Assembly: GCA_963706535.1 (NCBI GenBank)
Contig: CAVPMU010000009.1
Location: forward strand, 47,921 to 111,920
Direction of reading: 5' to 3'
DNA from: an uncultured Gammaproteobacteria bacterium
Lineage (GTDB): Bacteria; Pseudomonadota; Gammaproteobacteria; Steroidobacterales; Steroidobacteraceae
DNA: 64,000 bases
This document shows positions 47,537 to 56,549 of the stretch, one piece after another (the first letter of the stretch is position 1; each line of letters opens with the position of its first letter). The notes under the pieces are model-generated. The model was not told the origin of the DNA and did no database searches. It saw only the letters and a program-made list of their open reading frames with translations. The translations under genes were made by a program, and so were the position numbers.

Positions 47537-48114
47537 GTCGGCGCGTGGACGACGCCGGCCGGCGAGGGCAGCTCGTGCGCGAGTCGGCGCGGCTGTTCCG
47601 CGAGAAGGGCTTCGACGCCACCTCGGTGCGCGACATCGCCGCGGCGACGGGCCTGCAGTCGGGCAGCTGGGTCTATCACTTCCGCACCAAGCAGGACATC
47701 CTCGCGGCCGTCATGGAGGAGGGCCTGCAGCAGGCGCTCGCGCGCATCGAGACGATCGGCAACGAGCCACTTGCGCCGCGCGAGCGGTTCCACGCGCTGG
47801 TCCGCACGCACCTCGACACCATCCTCGGCCCCGGGCAGGACTTCATTCCCGTGCTGCTCTACGACTGGCGCTCGCTCGAGCCGAAGGCGCGGCCGCGCGT
47901 GGTCGCGCTGCAGAAGCGCTACGAGGCGGTGTGGGACACCGTGATCGGCGAGCTGCAGCGCAGCGGCGACTGGGCCGGTCCCACCCAGGTCGACCGGCTG
48001 CTGATGTTCGGCGCCCTCAACTGGATCGCGCACTGGTTCCGGCGGCGCGGTCCCCTCAGCGTGGGCGAGCTCGCGGAGGAATGCGTGCGGTTCTTCCTGC
48101 GCACGCCCGGCTAG
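47533..48114 (+). CDS. TetR/AcrR family transcriptional regulator
   Basis: HTH FREKGFDATSVRDIAAATGLQSGSWVYHF. Overlaps the upstream stop. Confidence 0.9.
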   Translation: MSRRVDDAGRRGQLVRESARLFREKGFDATSVRDIAAATGLQSGSWVYHFRTKQDILAAVMEEGLQQALARIETIGNEPLAPRERFHALVRTHLDTILGPGQDFIPVLLYDWRSLEPKARPRVVALQKRYEAVWDTVIGELQRSGDWAGPTQVDRLLMFGALNWIAHWFRRRGPLSVGELAEECVRFFLRTPG

Positions 48115-49871
48115 TTCACCGCGCGCCGAGCCGGCACGTACTGCTCCATCACCGCCTGCTCGAGCAGCTCGGGCGGCAGCAGTCCCTGGTCGAGCACGAA
48201 GTCGTGGTAGGAGCGGGCGTCGAAACGCTCGCCGAGTGCCAGCTCGACCTTGCCACGCAATGCCAGGTGCTTCTGGAAGCCGTAGAAGTAGGAGGTGGCC
48301 TGGCCCGGGGCATTGAAGCTGTAGCGGTCGGTCTCCTGCTTGGCCATCGGCTCCGACAGTCCCACTTCCCTCATCAGGAAGGCCTGAACGTCCGCAGGCT
48401 CGATCATCCCGAGGTTGACCATCGGGTCGAGGAAGGCGCGCGCCGCACGCATCAGGCGCATCTGCAGCGTGCCGAACTGCGCCTCCACCGGCAGGTACTG
48501 CTTGACCAGCGCCTCGGCATACAGCGCCCAGCCTTCGACGTTCGCGCTGTTGAAGGCGAAGATCACCCGCGGGATCGACACGCCGTTCTCGATCATCTTG
48601 GCGAACTGCAGTTCGTGTCCGGGTCGCGCCTCGTGCGCGGTCAGCGTCCAGGCGATGGCGTCGTAGGTGAAGTCGTCCATCGTCGTGCCGGGCGGCGCGT
48701 TGGGGTTCTCGAGCGGCAGCACGAACTCGGCGGGCTCGCCGGTGTTGCCGATGAGACGCGGCGGGCTGAGGTGCGGCGCGGGCTGCGCGGCCGACTCCGC
48801 CTCCGAGGCGAGCCGGATCACGGCGTCGCGCTGCGGCAGCGTCACCAGTCCCTCGCGACGGACGATCTCCTCGAGGTTGCCGAGGCGCGCCCGGTAGGTG
48901 GGGAGCAGGGCATCCCTCGCGATCGTCTCCTTGCGCAGCGCCTTCAGCACCTCGCGGTAATCGCTCGAGGCGAGCCCGCGCTCCTTCGCGACGAGGCGTG
49001 CGACCGCCTGCATCTCGTCGCGCGTCTGCACGTAGCCGAGCAGCGCCTGGTCGATCAGCTGGCGCGGGTCGGCCTTGACGCCGAAGTTGCGCAGGTTGTC
49101 GGCGTAGATCTCGGGCGGCAGCCGGTTCGTGGTGCGCGCGCGCGGCAGCACCTCGGCGCGCACCCACTTCTCGTGCGCCGCGAACTGCTTCTCGAGCAGC
49201 CTCATGTCCTTCTCCCAGCCCTCGAGCCCGCTCTTTGCGAACAGGTCGCGGATGCCGGCCAGGAAGCGCGGCTGGTTCTCGAGGTTCTGCTCCAGCTCGA
49301 CCGTCCACGGGCCGACGAGGCCGGGCACCGCGAAGCGCTCCGCCGTGCGCGCACGTGCCAGCTCGAGGATCGGCGTGTACCCGGGCTCGCGACCCACGTA
49401 CTTGCGCAGGCGGACGAGTGCGGCCGGGTAGCGTTCCCCGGCGACACGCGGGTCGAGCAGCGAGCGGAAACCCTGGAACAGCGCCTGCGGCAGGTCGAAG
49501 TAGGGCAGCATCAGCCGCCGGTTGAGTTCGGAGGTGTGCTTCTGGTCGCGTGCCGCGGCGACGAGGACCTGCAGGTCCTGCTTCACGCGCGGATCGTTCT
49601 CCGCCGCCAGCCGGGTTTCGAGCTCCGTCGCGACGCGCTCGAGGTCCGCCTCCATCCGCTCGCCATTGCGCGGGCCGAGGTCGAAGACGCCCTCGTCATG
49701 CCCCTCCACGCCGAGCGCGGCGGCGCCTTCCGGGCCGTACTTCGCGAGGATCTCGAGCAGAGGCGCGGCGTTTGCATTGCTGCGCTCGATCCAGCCCGGC
49801 CCGTCGGCGCCATGGGCCGGGGCCAGCGCCCCCAGGGCGGCGAGGAGGACGAACCGAGGAAGGATCTTCAT
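48111..49871 (-). CDS. DUF885 domain-containing secreted protein (putative metallopeptidase-like)
   Basis: Signal peptide MKILPRFVLLAALGALAPAHG. HEARPGHELQ motif region. Confidence 0.75.
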   Translation of the reverse strand: MKILPRFVLLAALGALAPAHGADGPGWIERSNANAAPLLEILAKYGPEGAAALGVEGHDEGVFDLGPRNGERMEADLERVATELETRLAAENDPRVKQDLQVLVAAARDQKHTSELNRRLMLPYFDLPQALFQGFRSLLDPRVAGERYPAALVRLRKYVGREPGYTPILELARARTAERFAVPGLVGPWTVELEQNLENQPRFLAGIRDLFAKSGLEGWEKDMRLLEKQFAAHEKWVRAEVLPRARTTNRLPPEIYADNLRNFGVKADPRQLIDQALLGYVQTRDEMQAVARLVAKERGLASSDYREVLKALRKETIARDALLPTYRARLGNLEEIVRREGLVTLPQRDAVIRLASEAESAAQPAPHLSPPRLIGNTGEPAEFVLPLENPNAPPGTTMDDFTYDAIAWTLTAHEARPGHELQFAKMIENGVSIPRVIFAFNSANVEGWALYAEALVKQYLPVEAQFGTLQMRLMRAARAFLDPMVNLGMIEPADVQAFLMREVGLSEPMAKQETDRYSFNAPGQATSYFYGFQKHLALRGKVELALGERFDARSYHDFVLDQGLLPPELLEQAVMEQYVPARRAVN

Positions 49872-49995
49872 GGCGAGGCACCCGGTGTGGTCGACGAAAG
49901 CGGTGGATCCTACACCAGACGCGCCGCAGTGGACGCCGGATGCGCCGAACAGTAGCTTTGTGCGCGACGAATCGATCCGGCCACGGTGGTCACAC

Positions 49996-51558
49996 ATGAA
50001 GCAGCTCTCGGGCACCGACGACCTGTTCCTCAACCTGGAACGCGGTCACCAGTACACGCACGTCGCCGGGCTCGCGATCTACGATCCCTCGACGGCGCCC
50101 GACGGCAAGGTGCGCTTCAAGGACATCCTGCGCTTCTTCGAGTCGCGCCTCGAGGCGTCGCCCGTCTTCCGCCGGCGCCTGGTGACGGTGCCGTTCGACC
50201 TCGACCGTCCGTACTGGATCGAGGACCCGGACATCAACGTCGAGTTCCACGTCCGGCACGTTGCCTTGCCGAAGCCGGGTGACTGGCGGCAGCTGTGCAT
50301 CCAGGTGGCGCGCATCCACTCGCGTCCGCTCGACCGCAGCCGGCCGCTGTGGGAGGCCTACGTCATCGAGGGTCTCGACAACATCCCGGGCCTGCCGCCG
50401 GGCAGCTTCGCGTTCTACGTCAAGTTCCACCACTGCGCGGTGGACGGCGAGGCGGGCACGGAGATCCTGAAGGCCATTCATACGCTGACGCCCGACGACT
50501 TCAGCGAGGCGGAGCCGGCACGTACACGCTACCGCGACCGCGAGCCCACGGCGATCGAGCTCTATTCGCGCGCGCTTGCGAACGGCGCGCAGCGCGTGCC
50601 GAAGCTCGCGCGCTTCTCGATCGAGACCGCCGTGCGCGCCGCCGCGCTCGGCGCGGGCACCGTCACCGACCTGCCGCGATTGCTGCAGGCCGCGGAACTG
50701 CCGAAGGCGGCCGAGGTCGCGGCGAAACTGCGCAAGCCGCCCGCGACACGCTTCGCCGGCAAGGTCTCGGCGCATCGCGTCGTCGAAGTGGTGGGACTGC
50801 CGCTCGCGGCGATGAAGCGGATCCGACAGCAGGTCGAGGGCGCCACGATCAACGATCTGTTCCTCGCGACGGTGGGTGGGGCGCTGCACCAGTACCTCGC
50901 GAGCAAGGGCGAGCTGCCGGACCAGACCATGACCTGCATGGTGCCGATGACATTGCGTGGCGCCGACAAGGGGCAGGACGCCGGCAACCAGATCACGATG
51001 GCCATCATGCCGCTGCACACCGAGCTCGCCGATCCGCTCGACCGGCTGCAGGCCGTGCGGCGCGGCGCCGGGAAGGCGAAAGCCATGGCGGGCGCGGTGG
51101 GCATGGAGACCGCCGCGAAGTTGCTGGACCTGCTGCCCGTCGCCGCCGCCGAGTTCGCGGCGCGACGCCTCGTCATCCCGCAGATGAGCATCGTGGTGTC
51201 GAACGTGCGTGGCCCCGACGTGCCGCTCTTCATGGCAGGCGCCCGGCTCGTCAACTTCGCGCCCATCAGCATCGTGCTCGACGGCCTCGGGCTCAACGTC
51301 ACCGCGTTCAGCTACCACGGCACGATGTGGATCTGCGCCGTCGCGTGCCGCGACATGATGCCCGACCCCGCGTTCTTCGCCGATTGCCTGCGGCATGGTT
51401 TCCGGCAGCTCGTCGACGCGGCGAACGCGCAGGAAGCGGGTGAACAGGGCGCGACCGCGAGTGACCAGCGACCTCCGCGGGCGCGCCGCGCGAAGACATC
51501 CCGAGTGCCAGCGAAGGGCCGTCGCGCCGCACGCATGCGGCGCACGAGTGACGCATGA
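49996..51558 (+). CDS. Wax ester synthase/diacylglycerol acyltransferase (WS/DGAT) family
   Basis: Catalytic HHCAVDG (HHxxxDG) motif. NDLFLA motif. Arg-rich C-terminal tail. Confidence 0.9.
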   Translation: MKQLSGTDDLFLNLERGHQYTHVAGLAIYDPSTAPDGKVRFKDILRFFESRLEASPVFRRRLVTVPFDLDRPYWIEDPDINVEFHVRHVALPKPGDWRQLCIQVARIHSRPLDRSRPLWEAYVIEGLDNIPGLPPGSFAFYVKFHHCAVDGEAGTEILKAIHTLTPDDFSEAEPARTRYRDREPTAIELYSRALANGAQRVPKLARFSIETAVRAAALGAGTVTDLPRLLQAAELPKAAEVAAKLRKPPATRFAGKVSAHRVVEVVGLPLAAMKRIRQQVEGATINDLFLATVGGALHQYLASKGELPDQTMTCMVPMTLRGADKGQDAGNQITMAIMPLHTELADPLDRLQAVRRGAGKAKAMAGAVGMETAAKLLDLLPVAAAEFAARRLVIPQMSIVVSNVRGPDVPLFMAGARLVNFAPISIVLDGLGLNVTAFSYHGTMWICAVACRDMMPDPAFFADCLRHGFRQLVDAANAQEAGEQGATASDQRPPRARRAKTSRVPAKGRRAARMRRTSDA

Positions 51559-51798
51559 CTTTGCTGCATGGCAATAAAACAACGTCTGCTCGAGTTGTCT
51601 TGTCGCGAAGACGCTGGCAGTCTTGCGGGACTGCGGCAAGCAGTAGTGGCATTTCGGATACTCACTACTGTCGTTGCGGTGAGGCGGGAATAGGCTGCTG
51701 CGATCTTGCGCGATAGTGCAGGCGCGGGTGACGCGATGCAGCAATTGAACCTCGCGCAAACGGGGCGATCGAATCAAGGCAACTGGGGGAATACGACG

Positions 51799-54057
51799 AT
51801 GAGTGAATCCACGGTTCGGGGTCGGCGGAACACGGCGCTCGCGGCAGTCATCGGCAGCGTGCTCGCCGGATACGCGGGCAATGCCACCGCGCTGGAATTC
51901 GAGTTCGAGAACGGGGCGACGCTGAACTGGAACACCACGCTCTCGGCGGGCGCGAGCTGGCGCGCCGAAGATCCCAGCCGTCGCTTGTATACCCGTGCAG
52001 ACGGCTCGCTGATCGGACTCTATTCCGCGCCGTTCATCCCGGGCACCAAGGTCGGTCCGCGTGACGGTCTCGCCGGCAACCATGCCGCGGGCGACGGCAA
52101 CCTGAACTACGAGAAGGGCGACCGCTTCACGACGCCCTTCAAGATCATCACCGACCTCGAGTTGAAGAAAGGCCGCTTCGGCGCGCTGGTGCGCGCGAAG
52201 GCCTGGTACGACCAGTCGCTCGAGGACGAGGAAGTGCTGGTCGGCAGCCAGGCCAACAACTACAACGGCACGCGTCCGGGTCCCGGACCCTATTCGCCGG
52301 CCTACGGCCTCTGCGGCACCGTGGCACCGGGACTGCCCTGCCTGCCCGTCTCGGCGCCCGGACAGAATGCATTCCCGTCGGCCAAGCTGAGCGACAAGGG
52401 CTTCGAGGACGAGCAGAAGTTCTCGAACGTCTACCTGCTCGACGCCTATGTCTACGGCAGCTTCGCGGTCGGCGAGACCGACCTGCAGCTGCGCCTCGGC
52501 AACCAGGTGATCAACTGGGGCGAGAGCGTCTTCATCCAGGGCGTGAACCAGATCAACCCGATCGACGTGCCGGCGGCTCGCCGCGCGGGCGCGGAGCTCA
52601 AGGAAATCCTGCTCCCGGTCTGGGCGGCGTATGCGAACTGGGGCTTCGGCTTCGGCTCGCTCGAGGCGTTCTACCAGTTGAAGTGGAACAACACCTCGGT
52701 CGACGGCTGCGGCACGTATTTCACCGCGACCAGCACCCTGATCTCCGCGGACCCGGGCTCCTGCGACATCATGACGGTCGTCGGCAGCCAGTGGGGCCAG
52801 ATCCCGCCCGGCGGCACCGAGATCATCGCGCAACTCGGCTCCCAGCCGTTCATGGGCGCAACGGGTGTCTACGTGCCGGCCGTGAAGGGCCGGGAGCCGA
52901 GTGACAGCGGCCAGTTCGGCCTCGCATTCCGCTTCCCGGTCGACAAGCTCGACACGGAATTCGGCATTTACGCGATCAACATCCACAGCCGCCTGCCGTA
53001 CTCGTCCGGCTACTCGGGCACCAACCCGATGCTGGACATCTCCGAGCCGTATCGAACCGCGCTGCTGGGCATGGGCTTGATCGGCCAGGACGCCTATGGA
53101 CCGTGGTGGAAGTCGAGCGCGGCCTCGACGACGTTCTTCCGCACCTTGCTGCCTGGCCTCGAGAAGGGCATCGAGGAGGCGCTCGGGGGGGCCGTGGACC
53201 TCAAGACGAGCTCGGCATTCTGGGAATATCCCGAGGACATCCAGATCTACGGCTTGAGCGCCGCGACCAACCTGTTCGGCTTCTCCACCTCGGCGGAGCT
53301 GAGTTACCAGAAGGACGTGCCCGCGCAGGTAAACGGCAACGACTTGATCGTCGGTTCCGTGATCGGCGAGGGCCCGTACCGCGTGCAGACCGCCGCCGTC
53401 GCCGCGGGCAGCGCCGGGGCTTACCTGCAGGGCTACGGCCTGTTCGACAAGACGCAGTTCCAGGTCAACTTCGTCAAGACCCTGGGTAACATCATGGGCG
53501 CCGAGAGCATGCTCGTGATCGGCGAGGTCGGCGCGCAGTGGAACAACGTGCCCGACTACACCAAGGGCGGCGTCCGCTACGGGCGCGGCTTCATGTTCGG
53601 CACAGGCTCGAATCCGGAATTCGGTCCGGGCGGTGCGCCGCACGGCCAGCCGCTGCTCGGTACCCTGAGCCAGGGCGATCACTGCTCGCCGACCTACGTG
53701 GGCATCCCGACGCCGACCTTCAACTCGCAGTACAACCCGCACCCCGAGGGCTGCCGCAACGACGGCTACATCACCGACATGGCCTGGGGCTATCGCCTGC
53801 GCGTGTCGGCGGACTACAACAACGTGATGAATACGGGCGTGACGGTCACCCCGAGCGTGTTCTGGTCGCATGACGTGGACGGCGTGTCGATCGACCCGAC
53901 GTTCAACGAGGACCGCCAGACGCTCGGCCTCGGCCTCAAGTTCAACCTGAACAAGAAGTACATCTTGGACGTCAACTACGTGAGCTACGCGAACAACAAC
54001 TTCGACCCGTTGTTCGACCGTGACTACTACTCGGCCGCGTTCAGCGTGACGTTCTGA
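51799..54057 (+). CDS. DUF1302 family outer-membrane protein
   Basis: 752 aa. Signal peptide. Beta-rich. Terminal ...YYSAAFSVTF barrel signature. Confidence 0.8.
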   Translation: MSESTVRGRRNTALAAVIGSVLAGYAGNATALEFEFENGATLNWNTTLSAGASWRAEDPSRRLYTRADGSLIGLYSAPFIPGTKVGPRDGLAGNHAAGDGNLNYEKGDRFTTPFKIITDLELKKGRFGALVRAKAWYDQSLEDEEVLVGSQANNYNGTRPGPGPYSPAYGLCGTVAPGLPCLPVSAPGQNAFPSAKLSDKGFEDEQKFSNVYLLDAYVYGSFAVGETDLQLRLGNQVINWGESVFIQGVNQINPIDVPAARRAGAELKEILLPVWAAYANWGFGFGSLEAFYQLKWNNTSVDGCGTYFTATSTLISADPGSCDIMTVVGSQWGQIPPGGTEIIAQLGSQPFMGATGVYVPAVKGREPSDSGQFGLAFRFPVDKLDTEFGIYAINIHSRLPYSSGYSGTNPMLDISEPYRTALLGMGLIGQDAYGPWWKSSAASTTFFRTLLPGLEKGIEEALGGAVDLKTSSAFWEYPEDIQIYGLSAATNLFGFSTSAELSYQKDVPAQVNGNDLIVGSVIGEGPYRVQTAAVAAGSAGAYLQGYGLFDKTQFQVNFVKTLGNIMGAESMLVIGEVGAQWNNVPDYTKGGVRYGRGFMFGTGSNPEFGPGGAPHGQPLLGTLSQGDHCSPTYVGIPTPTFNSQYNPHPEGCRNDGYITDMAWGYRLRVSADYNNVMNTGVTVTPSVFWSHDVDGVSIDPTFNEDRQTLGLGLKFNLNKKYILDVNYVSYANNNFDPLFDRDYYSAAFSVTF

Positions 54058-54080
54058 CCGGATTCCAGGAGACGAACCAG

Positions 54081-55436
54081 ATGAAGACGATGAACAAGAT
54101 CCTCGCTACCGCGATCGCAGCCGCGGCCCTGGCCGGGTTCGCGGCGCCCGCGTCGGCGAAGCTGAGCGCAGCCGAAGCCGCGCGCCTCGGTGCCGACCTG
54201 ACGCCGATGGGCGCCGAGAAGGCCGGCAACAAGGACGGCACAATCCCGGCGTGGACGGGCGGACTGTGCTCGCCCCCGGCCGGCTGGACCGCTGCCAAGG
54301 GCTACGTCGATCCGTTCGCGAGCGACAAGCCGAAGTTCACCATCACGAAGGCCAATGCCGCGCAGTACAAGGAGCACCTGACGCCCGGCCTGCTCGCGCT
54401 GCTCAACAAGCACGACGCCTTCAAGATGCCCGTGTACGAGACAAGGCGCACGGCCTGCTATCCGGACCACGTGTACGGCAACGTCAAGACGAACTCGCCG
54501 AAGCTCGACCTCGTCGGCTTCGGCATCACCGGTGGCCAGTCGTACGTACCGTTCCCGATTCCGAAGAGCGGCCTGGAGGTGATGTGGAATCACCAGCAGC
54601 GCTATCTCGGCAACGGGCTGGTCCGCGACTACAACAGCTTCCCGGTGCGCTCGAACGGCGACTACTACAAGATCGGCTCGCACGAGTTCCGCATCTTCAA
54701 CGCCGGCCTCGACCAGCCGCAGGACAACCTGCTGCTGACGTTCCAGTCCGCGTTCACCACGCCCGCGACGCTCGAGGGCACGGTGTTCCTGGTGCACGAG
54801 CCGCTCGACCAGGTGAAGCAGACCCGTTCGGCGTGGATCTACAACGCCGGCCAGCGCCGCGTGCGCCGGGCTCCGGACCTGGCCTACGACAACTTCACCG
54901 ACGGCACCGAGGGCATGCGTACCTCCGACCAGTTCGACGCGTGGAACGGCGCGCCCGACCGCTACGACTGGAAGCTGATCGGCAAGAAGGAAATCTACAT
55001 CCCGTACAACTCCTACAAGCTCTCGGACAAGAAGCTCAAGTACAAGGAAGACATCGTCAAGAAGGGGACGCCGAATCCCGACCTGCTGCGCTTCGAACTG
55101 CACCGCGTCTGGGAGGTGGAGGGCAACCTCAAGGCGGGCAGCAAGCACATCTACGGCAAGCGCGTGTTCTACCTCGACGAGGACAGCTGGACCGTGGTGT
55201 ACGAGGACGCCTACGACACCCGCAAGAACCTGTGGCGCATCGGCGTCCACCCGATGATGCAGTTCTACGAGGCGAAGATCCCCTGGTACCGCGCCAACAT
55301 CTGGTACGACCTCAACAGCGGCGGTTACTACCTTGCCGGCCTCGACAACGAGATGAAGTCCGTGTGGGACTTCAACCAGAAGGGCAAGTGGGCGGACTTC
55401 CAGCCCGACGCGCTGCGGCGCCTCGGCACGAAGTGA
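54081..55436 (+). CDS. DUF1329 domain-containing (LolA-like) periplasmic/outer-membrane protein
   Basis: Signal peptide. Canonical position after DUF1302. GNKDGTIPAWTGG motif. Confidence 0.8.
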   Translation: MKTMNKILATAIAAAALAGFAAPASAKLSAAEAARLGADLTPMGAEKAGNKDGTIPAWTGGLCSPPAGWTAAKGYVDPFASDKPKFTITKANAAQYKEHLTPGLLALLNKHDAFKMPVYETRRTACYPDHVYGNVKTNSPKLDLVGFGITGGQSYVPFPIPKSGLEVMWNHQQRYLGNGLVRDYNSFPVRSNGDYYKIGSHEFRIFNAGLDQPQDNLLLTFQSAFTTPATLEGTVFLVHEPLDQVKQTRSAWIYNAGQRRVRRAPDLAYDNFTDGTEGMRTSDQFDAWNGAPDRYDWKLIGKKEIYIPYNSYKLSDKKLKYKEDIVKKGTPNPDLLRFELHRVWEVEGNLKAGSKHIYGKRVFYLDEDSWTVVYEDAYDTRKNLWRIGVHPMMQFYEAKIPWYRANIWYDLNSGGYYLAGLDNEMKSVWDFNQKGKWADFQPDALRRLGTK

Positions 55437-55546
55437 GCGCTGAGGACTGAGACCGACTGCACTGGGCAATGTCCGGCCCCGGCGCGCTGCCGGGGCCGGT
55501 CGCACGGACGGGGAAAGGCCTCGAACGGGCCGCGCGGAGATCATCC

Positions 55547-56524
55547 ATGAAGAACTGGGCGAGGGCAGCATGCGTCTGGCTGGGCGCAGGCCTCATGGCC
55601 GTGCCGTTTGCGCACGCCGAGGGCGAGGACGCGGCCCCGGCCCGGGGCAAGACCGTGGTCGAGATCCGCACCGACCGCATCATACTGGTCGACATCGTGC
55701 GCACCGGCGACCGGCTCGTCGCGGTGGGGGAGCGCGGTTTCGCGATGCTCTCGGACGACGCAGGCAAGACCTGGCGCGCGCGCGAAACCCCCGTCACTCG
55801 CACGCTGACCGGTGTGGCATTCCAGGACGCCAGAGTCGGTGTCGCGGTGGGGCACGGCGGCTCGCTGGTGCGCACCGAGGACGGCGGCGAGAACTGGACC
55901 CACGTACCGCTCGAGGAAGCGGGGCCGGACTCGCTGCTCGGCGTCGTGAGCCTCGGCGGCGACCACTTCATCGCCTACGGCGCGTTCGGGTTGTATTTCG
56001 ACTCGACCGACGCCGGCAAGACCTGGCAGCGCCAGATGATCCTCTCCGAGGACTTCGACCGGCACATCTCGCAGATCGTGGTGGCGGGTGAGTCGCTGCT
56101 GCTGGTCGCGGAGTCCGGCATCCTGGCGCGCTCGGACGACAAGGGCGCCACGTGGACTGCGATCGAGTCGCCCTACGTGGGCTCGTACTTCGGCGCCATC
56201 GCGTTGCAGGACGGCGCGATCCTCGCTTTCGGAATGCGCGGCAACGTCTTCCGCAGCGCGGATTTCGGCGTCACCTGGCAGAAGCTCGACCTGAACACGA
56301 CGGCGTCCCTGAACGGGGGGCGGCAACTCGCGGACGGGCGTGTGCTGCTCGTCGGCAATGCGGGCCTGCTCGCGCTCAGCCGGGACGGCGGCCAGACGCT
56401 CGAATTGCACTGGGCCCCGGCGGGCCGTGGCTTTGCCGCGCTGGCCGAGATCTCGGGTTCCGTGGTGCTGGCGGGCGAGGCGGGAATATCAGTGCTCGAC
56501 CCGGCCTGGCTCGAGACCCGCTGA
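55547..56524 (+). CDS. BNR/Ycf48-like beta-propeller protein
   Basis: Signal peptide. Repeated S-D-(D/G)-G-x-T-W motifs (DDAGKTW, EDGGENW, TDAGKTW, DDKGATW, ADFGVTW). Confidence 0.8.
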   Translation: MKNWARAACVWLGAGLMAVPFAHAEGEDAAPARGKTVVEIRTDRIILVDIVRTGDRLVAVGERGFAMLSDDAGKTWRARETPVTRTLTGVAFQDARVGVAVGHGGSLVRTEDGGENWTHVPLEEAGPDSLLGVVSLGGDHFIAYGAFGLYFDSTDAGKTWQRQMILSEDFDRHISQIVVAGESLLLVAESGILARSDDKGATWTAIESPYVGSYFGAIALQDGAILAFGMRGNVFRSADFGVTWQKLDLNTTASLNGGRQLADGRVLLVGNAGLLALSRDGGQTLELHWAPAGRGFAALAEISGSVVLAGEAGISVLDPAWLETR

Positions 56525-56549
56525 CGACCGCACCGGCTAGGGAGACATC

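Noticed and set aside
48111-48114. Convergent TetR and DUF885 genes share the palindrome CTAG as both stop codons. ArsR and EEP stops are likewise separated by 1 nt at 30598/30600.
   Set aside because: This is tight packing with no evidence of function. It is noted only because no intrinsic terminator can fit between these convergent genes.
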